Source of the DNA: Ignavibacteriota bacterium
GTDB lineage: Bacteria; Bacteroidota; Ignavibacteria; UBA10030; CAVZMI01
NCBI GenBank assembly: GCA_963776275.1
Contig: CAVZMI010000028.1
Span: forward strand, 1-64,000
Direction: 5' to 3'
Length of the DNA stretch: 64,000 bases
Notes under the pieces: model-generated
Databases searched by the model: none
Seen by the model: the letters and a program-made list of their open reading frames with translations, nothing else
What the model was told of the DNA's origin: nothing
Translations under genes and position numbers: made by a program
In this document: piece after piece, positions 34,237-43,431 of the stretch
Numbering within the stretch: position 1 is the first letter of the stretch
Layout of the letters: each line of letters begins with the position of its first letter

Positions 34237-34815
34237 TTAATTGTCTTTTCTATACTTTTCTGCCATCCTTCTTAGTCTCTTTTGTCCATTGTTGACATCC
34301 TCGACTTTAAGATTGAACAATTCGGCAATATCGGAGGGCTTATCAATACCCTCTTCAATACAAAGCAAGATGGTTTCGAGCATTTCATCGCCCTCCACAT
34401 CTTTGCGAAGATTCTCTATCAGATTCTTTGCACTTATTTCATCAAATGGAGTGAGTGTTTCTATTTGAAGATTTTCTAGTAGTTGGTCTTCATCATTATC
34501 ATTCTTTGCCTGAACATATACTCTTCGTAAGTGTTCCGAGGAGTATACAAGATGATTGATATTGCTATCCACGATGCTCTTCAAGTGTTTTAGGATGTCT
34601 GGTCGTCTCGATGGATCCCAATTTCTTCGACCCTCATATAGGGAAGCTATAGCGTCTTTTGCAATATCTTCAGGTTCAAGCCCACTGGGTGGTTTGTTAT
34701 CCGTTGACCGCCACTTAAGTTTCTTAATTTTCATAAGAGCATAGGTGACTAACGCTGGATAGATAGACTTCCAGTCCTGTGCTGCGAGCTTTTCAAAGAC
34801 ATCCGGACGAACCAA
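34237..34815 (-). CDS. ECF-sigma-factor-like protein
   Basis: Region-2-like EPEDIAKDAIASLYEGRRNWDP...LKSIVDSNINHL and region-4 HTH KPSDIAELFNLKVEDVNNGQKRLRR; TTG start. Confidence 0.75.
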   Translation of the reverse strand: MVRPDVFEKLAAQDWKSIYPALVTYALMKIKKLKWRSTDNKPPSGLEPEDIAKDAIASLYEGRRNWDPSRRPDILKHLKSIVDSNINHLVYSSEHLRRVYVQAKNDNDEDQLLENLQIETLTPFDEISAKNLIENLRKDVEGDEMLETILLCIEEGIDKPSDIAELFNLKVEDVNNGQKRLRRMAEKYRKDN

Positions 34816-34991
34816 GGTAAAGATGATCTATTAGTAATTGGTTCTATCGTCTATTGCCGACGAAAAGGTGCTTTTTGCCATCATGGCAAAAATTAAGTTT
34901 TCATCGGCATATATATGTTAGAGGCAGGATTAAATCCCTGCTCAAATTATTCAAATTTAACATTAATAACCCTAAAAAGAAAGGACTTACG

Positions 34992-35264
34992 ATGTTAGAG
35001 ACAAAGCAGCAAGAAAAACAGAAGGAAAAAGAACATCCCGTCTTTCAATACACAGTGGATGGGGAGGCACAGACTACCACAGAGCATATTCTAACACCCA
35101 TCGCAATAATGAAGAATGCTGGCGTGGATCCAAACACTCACTATCTTGTTCAAATGATAGGGAATACTAGAAAGTCATATCAGGATAATCCGAACGAAGA
35201 AATTCATATGCACAATCATATGGTCTTCTTCACGAATGCAATTGGACCGACACCTGTATCTTGA
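34992..35264 (+). CDS. Ubiquitin-like (multi-ubiquitin-type beta-grasp) protein, 90 aa
   Basis: FQYTVDGE...LTPIAIMKNAG...YLVQ...EEIHM...FFT fits a beta-grasp pattern; C-terminal tail GPTPVS; AAGGA RBS before ATG 34992. Confidence 0.8.
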   Translation: MLETKQQEKQKEKEHPVFQYTVDGEAQTTTEHILTPIAIMKNAGVDPNTHYLVQMIGNTRKSYQDNPNEEIHMHNHMVFFTNAIGPTPVS

Positions 35265-35276
35265 AGTGAGACAAAG

Positions 35277-35635
35277 ATGGCGCGGAAAGATTTCATTGAT
35301 CAGCTCCGAGCTCTCGGTTATGATCCGCAAGAGTTTGGAGACAACAAGGTTGCCTTTCTTTACACGATCCCTGTCGGCAAGTTTGGAGGAAAAGAAATTA
35401 TGCTTGGTTTCGTTGTCGGAGAGGATTTCAATTTGAATCCTCCGGGTGACCTCACATATCCCCGGAACTACTGACTCGTCAATCTGGTGGAACACATCCT
35501 TCCGGAGGAATCATTGAAAGTCCGTTTGGTGCTGGTTGGCAATATTGGAGCCGTCCATTCCATAATTGGAACAGCACCGATCGAACAGTCCGTGCGTACA
35601 TGGCTCACATCCGACACCTTTTCGATACTCAATGA
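35277..35635 (+). CDS. Prokaryotic E2-like protein (family-E type), frameshift at ~35448
   Basis: Adding one G gives 119 aa: ...FNLNPPGGPHISP...GWQYWSRPFHNWNSTDRTVRAYMAHIRHLFDTQ. Its stop overlaps the next ATG (ATGA). Confidence 0.8.
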
Positions 35636-37152
35636 CTTACAGTGTCGCCATACCTCAAAATGTACATGCTCAGGCATGTGCACACCTAATTCGAAATGAT
35701 GGGCAGGAAGATCTGTGCTTTGCCCTATGGTATCCCAGTCTGGGAAGCAATCGTAGATCTGCACTGATACAGAAACTAATCCTTCCACTTCACGGAGAAA
35801 GGTGTGTGCATGGCAATGCAAGTTTCTTGTCCGAATATTTTGAACGTGCCTTGCAGTTTGTAGTAAGTTCAAATGCTGGACTCGCTTTCATACATAGTCA
35901 CTTAAGCCCCGGCTGTCAGGGGATGAGCGGTGATGATATAAATGCTGAACAAGGTCACGCAGCTGCTGCATTCGGAATTACGGGACTACCGTTGGTGGGA
36001 CTCACAATAGGATGTGATGGTGCATGGAGTGCACGCTTCTGGGAAAGAATAGCCAACAGGAATTATCAGAAACGCTGGTGCTCTTCTGTGAGAATTGTTG
36101 GGCAACAATTGATAGTTACCTACAATGATTGTTTGATAGCTCCTCCGGCTATGCGTGAAGAACTTTCACGGACGATTTCCGCATGGGGTCAAAAAGCACA
36201 AGCACACCTCGCAAGGTTGCGTGTCGGAATTGTAGGTACGGGAAGCGTTGGAAGTATCATTGCCGAGGCGTTAGCAAGAATGGGATTATCACACATAAGC
36301 TTGATCGATTTCGATTCTGTCGAGAGAATAAACCTTGATCGGATTCTCCATGCAACAGTCGAAGACGCAGAATTGTGCAGAGCGAAGGTCCAAGTTCTTG
36401 CTGAAGCCATCAGAAGAAGTGCAACTGCTGATCCCTTTACGGTGGATGCATTAGAATATAGTATTATCGAAGAAGAAGGTTACAAAGCTGCACTCGACTG
36501 CAACGTCCTTTTTAGCTGCGTCGATAGACCATGGCCAAGATCAGTCCTTAATTTCATAGCGTATGCTCACCTCATACCCATTGTTGATGGGGGTTTGAAA
36601 ATTGAATCCAAGAAAGATGGTTCTGGTTTGAGACGAGCAGATTGGCGTGCGCACATCGCAACAATAGATCGACCTTGTCTAGAGTGTATAGGACAATACG
36701 ACGCGGGGTTGGTGTCCGCTGAAAGAGATGGTTACCTGGATGATCCAAGGTATATCGAAGAGTTCCCCGATGACCAGACAATCAAAAGAAACGAAAACGT
36801 CTTTGGATTCAGTTTGAGTGTGGCATCATTTGAAATCCTCCAGTTCCTCGCAATGATAATAGCTCCGCTGGGTCAATCAAATCCGGGCACACAGAACTAT
36901 CACTTTATTACTGCTACTCTCGACTCTGATTGGAATAAGAAATGCAATCCCAAATGTGCTTTCCTGCAATTGGTAGCACGTGGTGACCGAGCGGGTATAT
37001 CGATCACAGGCGAGCACAAGGTTGCGGAAATGAAACGAGAAGAGCGGAAGCAATTCAAGGAAATGCACAAAGCTTCGACAGATCAAGACGACGGGATTTG
37101 GAAGCGAATAAAGACAAAATGTATTCGTGCAGTACAGCGATGGCTGAGTTAA
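35632..37152 (+). CDS. JAB/MPN peptidase - ThiF/E1 adenylyltransferase fusion
   Basis: JAB: QEDLCF...FIHSH...MSGDD. E1: GIVGTGSVG, DFDSVERINLDR, SCVDRPWPR, PCLEC, CNPKC. Confidence 0.9.
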   Translation: MTYSVAIPQNVHAQACAHLIRNDGQEDLCFALWYPSLGSNRRSALIQKLILPLHGERCVHGNASFLSEYFERALQFVVSSNAGLAFIHSHLSPGCQGMSGDDINAEQGHAAAAFGITGLPLVGLTIGCDGAWSARFWERIANRNYQKRWCSSVRIVGQQLIVTYNDCLIAPPAMREELSRTISAWGQKAQAHLARLRVGIVGTGSVGSIIAEALARMGLSHISLIDFDSVERINLDRILHATVEDAELCRAKVQVLAEAIRRSATADPFTVDALEYSIIEEEGYKAALDCNVLFSCVDRPWPRSVLNFIAYAHLIPIVDGGLKIESKKDGSGLRRADWRAHIATIDRPCLECIGQYDAGLVSAERDGYLDDPRYIEEFPDDQTIKRNENVFGFSLSVASFEILQFLAMIIAPLGQSNPGTQNYHFITATLDSDWNKKCNPKCAFLQLVARGDRAGISITGEHKVAEMKREERKQFKEMHKASTDQDDGIWKRIKTKCIRAVQRWLS

Positions 37153-37538
37153 AGATGGTCAATCTCGATATGTTTGAGAGAACTTTTTAGGAAATCAACA
37201 ATCAAAGATCGGTGACAGTTGTGCACTTCCCTTTCTAAGCAAGTAAGGCATACACATGATTTGTGAAAGTCAAGATATTATCTGACATGGTTTAAATTAA
37301 CTCGATATCCTTAATAGTTGTATGTTCTCATATAAGCGATCAAGAGATTTTTCATGAGCAAGTGGAATCGTGTCGAGAAAAGTTTGCATCGGAGTTTTAT
37401 CAGAATAATACTTGCAGCTATGTAGACGTTGGGTGTTGTATTCATTCAGCAAATGATCGAGATCCACTTGGATCTTTTCTTACGAATGTGTCAAATAATA
37501 TTATAGCTATTGCAATTCAAGACAGGGACAACTTGTAA

Positions 37539-38237
37539 TCAGCAGGTCAAGATAGATTCATTCAATTCTCTACGGTATTGCTTCCATTGTGGCAGATATT
37601 GATTCATAAGAGAATAGAATCGTTCGTTATGATGACGTTCTAAAATATGAATCATTTCGTGAACAACGATATATTCTATGCAATGAAGTGGTTTTTTGGC
37701 CAATTCAAGATTAAGCCAGATTCTTCTCGCCTTGTTATTACAACTTCCCCACTTTCGTTTCATTTTTTTGATACCATATTCTGCAACTTCAACATTCATA
37801 TTTTTCGACCACTTGGAGATGTATCCAGGAACAATTTCTTTTAATCTATTTCTATACCAAGTTTCAATAATATCCCTTTTATTTTGAAGATTTGTTGTAT
37901 CTCTTACATACAATTCTATAATACTGTGTTTTAATACTACTTTGGGGACACTGGGGAGTTCAATAACTTTGAGCAAATAACGTTTACCTAGAAAATAATG
38001 GCTTTCTCTATCTTTGTATTCTCTTAGTGTTAATCGTTCCTGCCCTATAAATTTACGCTTGTGTTTTTTTATCCAAATTATTTTCGATATTGCGAATAAT
38101 CGGACAGCATCATCATTGATACGAAATGGTGCAGCAATACGAACTCTTCCTGTTGGTGGATAAACAGCGAGATGTATGTTCTTAATATCTTTGCGAACTA
38201 CATCAATGGGAATATTGCCAATAGTGATACGTTCCAT
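37539..38237 (-). CDS. YgjP/M48-like metallohydrolase linked to type I R-M
   Basis: KMKRKWGSC, IWLNLEL, YIVVHEMIH...HNERF; directly downstream of hsdR. Confidence 0.9.
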   Translation of the reverse strand: MERITIGNIPIDVVRKDIKNIHLAVYPPTGRVRIAAPFRINDDAVRLFAISKIIWIKKHKRKFIGQERLTLREYKDRESHYFLGKRYLLKVIELPSVPKVVLKHSIIELYVRDTTNLQNKRDIIETWYRNRLKEIVPGYISKWSKNMNVEVAEYGIKKMKRKWGSCNNKARRIWLNLELAKKPLHCIEYIVVHEMIHILERHHNERFYSLMNQYLPQWKQYRRELNESILTC

Positions 38238-41200
38238 TAGTATTCTCTTTGGTTCTTTACCAAATCAAATATCCTGTGAATTTCGCTTTCTTCCGAAATA
38301 CCATATTTATTCAAAACTTCCTCAATAGCTAATCTCACTTCTTTCAATTTTATTTTATGATCACGCCAAGCATCTTTTTTTGTTGTAATGATTTTCTCAT
38401 CTAATTCATTTGCCAAAGCCTCATTCTTTCCAAGGTTATCATATAGATTACGTTTGGCTGATGTGTTAAGTGATGAAGGATATGCAATTGTAGTATTTGG
38501 TTTTTTTACTTTCAGTGTTAAATCAATTATTTTCTGAAGATATTTTTCGTATTCTAAAGTGGCTTCTTTTCTCAATTCTATTAGTTCATCTAAAAGTACA
38601 CTCATTTTCTCGTAATACATCGGATTTGTCGGACTTTCTTCAATTATTACTTTCCGCAAGTTGTTTTCAATGGTTTCAGCCATTGCATCTTTATCACTTT
38701 GAATATTTTTAGGTAAACTATTGACAGCGTCTTTCCCTTTTTCAACCAATAGGTCTACCAAACTCAGATCATCAAAGTTTGCTAAGATTCGACTTTCTTC
38801 TGCACCAATGTAACTATCGATCAGATGACGCATAGCAGGTTCATATTGTTTTAAGTCAATATAATCACCACTTGCTAATTGAATTTCTTTTCGAAGGTTT
38901 TCAAAATGTTTAATCTCGTTTTTAATTTGCTCGGTTTCTTTATCTGAATATCCAGCTTCTTTCATTTCATCTGCTATGTTTGCATAAGCCCTAATGAGTG
39001 CAATGGTGAGTTTATATAAGGCAACCCGTCTTGGTTCGGTGTCCTTCAGTTCATCCGGATTTTCGGTATTTTTCCCACAAAAGTAACGAATGTATGCTAA
39101 ACTGTTCTTTGGTGGCTCCACTGGTTCGCATAAAGCCTTGATAGCTTCGAGCGCTTCATTTAATCTTTCTACACCTTTCTTTAGGCGATCTTTCAGCAAC
39201 CCTTCTACGTCAGATTTTTCATATGCATCAAAAGCACCCGAAGTGTAATCATTGAATGCATTTTTTAAACTATCGAATAAATCCATGTAGTCAATGATAT
39301 AACCGTAGTCTTTATCATCATCATCCAAACGGTTTACTCGACAGACAGCCTGAAAAAGGCCATGATCACGCATTTTTTTATCGATGTAGAGATAAGTAGC
39401 CGAGGGTGCATCAAATCCCACAAGGAGTTTGTTTACAACTACCAACAATTTCATTTGAGCTGGTTCATCTACGAATTTTTTCTTAACCTCTTTTTCAAAT
39501 TGTTCAACTTTATTAATGGCTGTCTCAGGATCTTCATTGAAATATTCTGCCAGCATTTTACGATAAATTTCAAACCGCTGTAATTTTTCGGTGTATCCTT
39601 CGCCCGTTTCTTCGCCTTTGATATCAGCATACGAAGGTACAAATGATGTAACGATAGCACAATTATTTAACCCTGCATTTTGAAACAATTCATAATAACG
39701 GCATGCATTATAAATACTATCAGAGACCAACATGGCGTTGCCTCTGCCGTTTTGTAAGCGTTCTTTTTTCTCCATATCCATCATAATATCAATCACGATT
39801 TTTTCTAAACGTGATTTAGAGCTAAACACTTTTTTGAGCGTACCCCATTTCTGTTTCAGTTCAGTTTTTGCAAGCTCGGTGAGTCCCCGGGTTTTAAGTT
39901 CAAACCATTCATCTATCTTTTCAGGAGAAGTGATATTTTGTTCAATATCCCTAGCCTCGTAGCGTAAATCCAATACAATTTTGTCGGTCACAGCCTCATC
40001 AAATTTGTAGGTATGGATGTATTTGCCAAAAACTTCCCAACTGGTTTGTTTATCAACTTTTAATAGCGGTGTTCCTGTAAAACCTATGAAAATGGCATTA
40101 GGCAAAAACCCTTTCATGGCTTCGTGTAATTTGCCCGACTGCGTGCGATGGCATTCATCTACAAATACATAGAATTCTCCCTTGGCCTTGAAATCAGATG
40201 GGATGCCGCTTTTCAATTCCTGCAAATAAGCATCTACATCGCCTTCTTCTTTTCCGCCAAACTTATGAACCAAAGAACACATTAGCCAAGGTGAATTATC
40301 ATTGAGTTTATTTAATAAATCCTTTCCGCTTTTGGTCCGATAGATTATTTCAGAAACTCCGTTGTAAACTTTCTCAATCTGTTCATCCAGTTCTTCACGA
40401 TCAGTAATGATGAGTACTCTGCCATTAGGATTGTATTCTCTTATCCATTTGGTAAGCCAAACCATTGTCAAACTCTTTCCACTCCCCTGTGTATGCCAAA
40501 TGATGCCACCTTCTCTATGTCTTAAAAACTCTTGTGCGGCTTTTACGCCAAAATATTGATTATGACGGCAAAGTTTTTTGATACCCCGGTCATATACAAT
40601 AAAGTCATGCAATAACTCAATAAAACGCTCCTTGTTGAGCAATTCTATAATATTTTTATCTAGCGGATACTTATACTTAGCTGCCTTATCGCGGATGGGT
40701 TTGGTAAGCTGCAACAAATATGCGTCGTTCTTATTAGCATCTTCGCTTACCTCTTTCCATTTTAAATAATACTTTTCTTTATTCGTATTCGGATCAATTG
40801 CTCCATAACGAATTCCTTCAGTATCGTTTCCTGCCATTACGAACTGAATAGTAGAGAAAAAGTGCTTGATGAAAATATGTTTTTGGTTGTCTAAATTCTG
40901 CCTTATTCCTTCCGATATAGAGACGGTACTTCGCTTAAGTTCTAACATGGCTATTGCAATGCCGTTAACGTAAAGCACAATGTCAGGACGTTTCTTATGA
41001 ATGCCTTTTATTGTTACTTCTTCAGCAATGGCAAAATCATTTTCATTGGGATTCTTCCAATCAATAAGCCAAACGGTTTCTTTATTCTGACCGATTTCTG
41101 GCTGCACATTTACACCATAGCGAAGCATGGAATACACTTCTTTGTTCACATCATATAATGATCTGTTCTGATCATAGACAACCTTATTGAATTCATATAA

Positions 41201-41767
41201 TGCTTTATCAATCAGATTTTCACTGTAACCTTTTCTGCTAAGCCAGGCGCTTAAATATTCTTCTTCAACATTGCTATTATTTTCTCTTTCTTCCCAATTA
41301 CCTAAATAGCGGTACTTTAGTTCGTTTTGGAATAAGGAAACCACTCGGTTCTGCGTAATCCTTTCCAATTTCCCAACATTCGATTTTGCGGATCCCTCCT
41401 GTAAGCGTTTTAATACACTTTTCTTTATCTCGGAAGCCATCATAGTATCGGGTGGTACTACAATCAAACCTTCGGCAGGAAGCATATCGTCACTGATAAT
41501 ACCTGTGTAAATATTTGCAATAACTGTATTCTTGTTTTCAAATACTCCAATGTAGTAATTTGATTCACTTACTTCGAATAAGGACCTTAAATCCATTTTG
41601 CCAACCAAGAAAATACTGGTTTCTTCTGCGTTTACTTTCTTGCCTATATAATGCTGTTTTTCATCGTCCAACAACACGAAGAGGAAATTGCTCTGACGTT
41701 CATCCTCACATAGGATGAGCGTAGGAATTTCGTAATAGTAGAGCTGTTTAATGACGTTTAATTTCAT
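38237..41767 (-). CDS. hsdR: Type I restriction endonuclease subunit R with an extra ~125-aa N-terminal domain
   Basis: RPDIVLYVNG...ELK nuclease motif, HTQGSGKS, DECHR, FTGTP, QAVCRVNR. Confidence 0.95.
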   Translation of the reverse strand: MKLNVIKQLYYYEIPTLILCEDERQSNFLFVLLDDEKQHYIGKKVNAEETSIFLVGKMDLRSLFEVSESNYYIGVFENKNTVIANIYTGIISDDMLPAEGLIVVPPDTMMASEIKKSVLKRLQEGSAKSNVGKLERITQNRVVSLFQNELKYRYLGNWEERENNSNVEEEYLSAWLSRKGYSENLIDKALYEFNKVVYDQNRSLYDVNKEVYSMLRYGVNVQPEIGQNKETVWLIDWKNPNENDFAIAEEVTIKGIHKKRPDIVLYVNGIAIAMLELKRSTVSISEGIRQNLDNQKHIFIKHFFSTIQFVMAGNDTEGIRYGAIDPNTNKEKYYLKWKEVSEDANKNDAYLLQLTKPIRDKAAKYKYPLDKNIIELLNKERFIELLHDFIVYDRGIKKLCRHNQYFGVKAAQEFLRHREGGIIWHTQGSGKSLTMVWLTKWIREYNPNGRVLIITDREELDEQIEKVYNGVSEIIYRTKSGKDLLNKLNDNSPWLMCSLVHKFGGKEEGDVDAYLQELKSGIPSDFKAKGEFYVFVDECHRTQSGKLHEAMKGFLPNAIFIGFTGTPLLKVDKQTSWEVFGKYIHTYKFDEAVTDKIVLDLRYEARDIEQNITSPEKIDEWFELKTRGLTELAKTELKQKWGTLKKVFSSKSRLEKIVIDIMMDMEKKERLQNGRGNAMLVSDSIYNACRYYELFQNAGLNNCAIVTSFVPSYADIKGEETGEGYTEKLQRFEIYRKMLAEYFNEDPETAINKVEQFEKEVKKKFVDEPAQMKLLVVVNKLLVGFDAPSATYLYIDKKMRDHGLFQAVCRVNRLDDDDKDYGYIIDYMDLFDSLKNAFNDYTSGAFDAYEKSDVEGLLKDRLKKGVERLNEALEAIKALCEPVEPPKNSLAYIRYFCGKNTENPDELKDTEPRRVALYKLTIALIRAYANIADEMKEAGYSDKETEQIKNEIKHFENLRKEIQLASGDYIDLKQYEPAMRHLIDSYIGAEESRILANFDDLSLVDLLVEKGKDAVNSLPKNIQSDKDAMAETIENNLRKVIIEESPTNPMYYEKMSVLLDELIELRKEATLEYEKYLQKIIDLTLKVKKPNTTIAYPSSLNTSAKRNLYDNLGKNEALANELDEKIITTKKDAWRDHKIKLKEVRLAIEEVLNKYGISEESEIHRIFDLVKNQREY

Positions 41768-42171
41768 GCGACCACCGATCTAACAGGCACACATTCCGGA
41801 ATAAAAGCCCGTGAACGCCACCAAGAATAATGACTTACTGCGCCTGTTTGTTTAAGAACACCATCTTTAAATTGAAGAATTAAATGACCTATTAAACGTT
41901 TTTTCTTCTTATGCGCAGGAGTCTTAAAATAGCCGTTTATTAACCCCTGCAAATTGTCTGACAAAGATATTGCATGTGCTTCACATTCGTCATGAAATAT
42001 TTCTGCGGGATATTTTGCTCTGTACGAAATAAAACATTCTGATGTAGCGGGATTATGTTTTACTACGCGGTAGTATTCTTTTGTACCATCGGGAGGAACA
42101 GCATCCTCAGGTGGACAAATCATTCCTGCTATCGCCAAATCTTCAAAATATTCTATGCTGGAGTTTGCCAT
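41764..42171 (-). CDS. Hypothetical 135-aa protein, ADP-ribosyltransferase/RES-like toxin candidate
   Basis: CPPEDA...YYR...FIS...AISL...G...HYSWW; ATGA overlap with hsdR. Confidence 0.6.
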   Translation of the reverse strand: MANSSIEYFEDLAIAGMICPPEDAVPPDGTKEYYRVVKHNPATSECFISYRAKYPAEIFHDECEAHAISLSDNLQGLINGYFKTPAHKKKKRLIGHLILQFKDGVLKQTGAVSHYSWWRSRAFIPECVPVRSVVA

Positions 42172-42172
42172 A

Positions 42173-43426
42173 TTATACTAATCGTATTTTCCCTGTCAAT
42201 AGATTTTGCATCATACCCTGCTTGAGCATTTTGTACTTCTCTAGTTTCTTTTCCAATGCCTCTATTTCGACATCCATATCTGATAATATTTGGGCAATAT
42301 GGGTTTGTTCTTGAATTAAAGGCGGCAAACTTAGTGATAACTTTTTATATTCGTTGCCATTAATACCTGGTTGTCCTGTTCTTGTTGAATTCGCTCTAAT
42401 CCAATCCCAGTACTGAGCAGTTTGAGTGTAGTACTTAAAAATGACAGGATTAAGGATTTCAGGATTAGTTTTAATGCGAATTAGAAAACCAGCAAAAACC
42501 AATTTGCCGTCATTAGGATCATACAAGTATGTTTTTCCGACACTTGCGCCAGTTCTCGCAAAAACTAAGTCACCTATTTCGAGATAATATTTTGATGAAT
42601 AAACATTGTCAATTGAAACAATATTTTGCTTAGAATATTTTCCGTCTTCCGTTATGTCGGTTATTCGCAAATAGATAGGTAATGATTCATTGTACGGGAC
42701 TGCTGCTGCATTAATCCCATAGTCAGGATTTCGGATTAGACAATCTCCCAACTTCTTTACTTTCCATACATCTTTCGGTTTTAGCAATTCCTGTAATGCA
42801 CCCCGCTTGATATCTCGCTTTTTGGCAATGAGTTTTTCTAATCCGGTGATGAGTGTCTCGACATCAGTTAAAGTGGTAGCAATAGCATTTTGTTCTTCAA
42901 AGGAGGGATATGGAATTGGACCATTTAAGATATCCCTAGTACTTATATTGGCCTGCACCCCAAGTGATGCAGAAGCTATTGAATACCTTCTCCAAGTTCT
43001 ACTATTAGAAAATGCTTTCAAAAAAACAGGGTGAATTTTCTCATTATGTATCCTAAGAAGACCAACTCGTTGATTTAGCAGTAAGGTTTTATCAGATTTC
43101 ACAATCGCCATTCGACCGATCAGATTCTTTGACGGTGTAACATCGGTCATTGCAATTATTAAATCGCCATTTTTAATTTGAAAATTCTTTAACTTTTCTA
43201 AATCATTAAATGACCAATAATTAACTTTTGTTGCATCAAATTGGAAGGAACCATCTAAACCAATTTGAGCCATTGTGACAATGGGAATTCCAATATCTTT
43301 GTATCTTTTTGATGAGAAAGCATAGCCGTTCTGAAAATTTGAAATTACATCAATAATCCTTCTTACATTCCAATCACTTGGAATAATTCCGACATCCGTT
43401 TTCTGGAATCCTTTTTCAATTTCCAT
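42173..43426 (-). CDS. hsdS: Type I R-M specificity subunit
   Basis: IPSDW, two target-recognition domains, EEQNAIA / EQTHIA helices, KQGMMQNLLTGKIRL. Confidence 0.95.
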   Translation of the reverse strand: MEIEKGFQKTDVGIIPSDWNVRRIIDVISNFQNGYAFSSKRYKDIGIPIVTMAQIGLDGSFQFDATKVNYWSFNDLEKLKNFQIKNGDLIIAMTDVTPSKNLIGRMAIVKSDKTLLLNQRVGLLRIHNEKIHPVFLKAFSNSRTWRRYSIASASLGVQANISTRDILNGPIPYPSFEEQNAIATTLTDVETLITGLEKLIAKKRDIKRGALQELLKPKDVWKVKKLGDCLIRNPDYGINAAAVPYNESLPIYLRITDITEDGKYSKQNIVSIDNVYSSKYYLEIGDLVFARTGASVGKTYLYDPNDGKLVFAGFLIRIKTNPEILNPVIFKYYTQTAQYWDWIRANSTRTGQPGINGNEYKKLSLSLPPLIQEQTHIAQILSDMDVEIEALEKKLEKYKMLKQGMMQNLLTGKIRLV

Positions 43427-43431
43427 CGGTT

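Noticed and set aside
35487-35872. ORFs 35487..35699 (+) and 35468..35872 (-), and the 35566 start for the E1 fusion
   Set aside because: They are shadows of the frameshifted E2 and JAB coding regions; the ATGA overlap supports a start at 35632.
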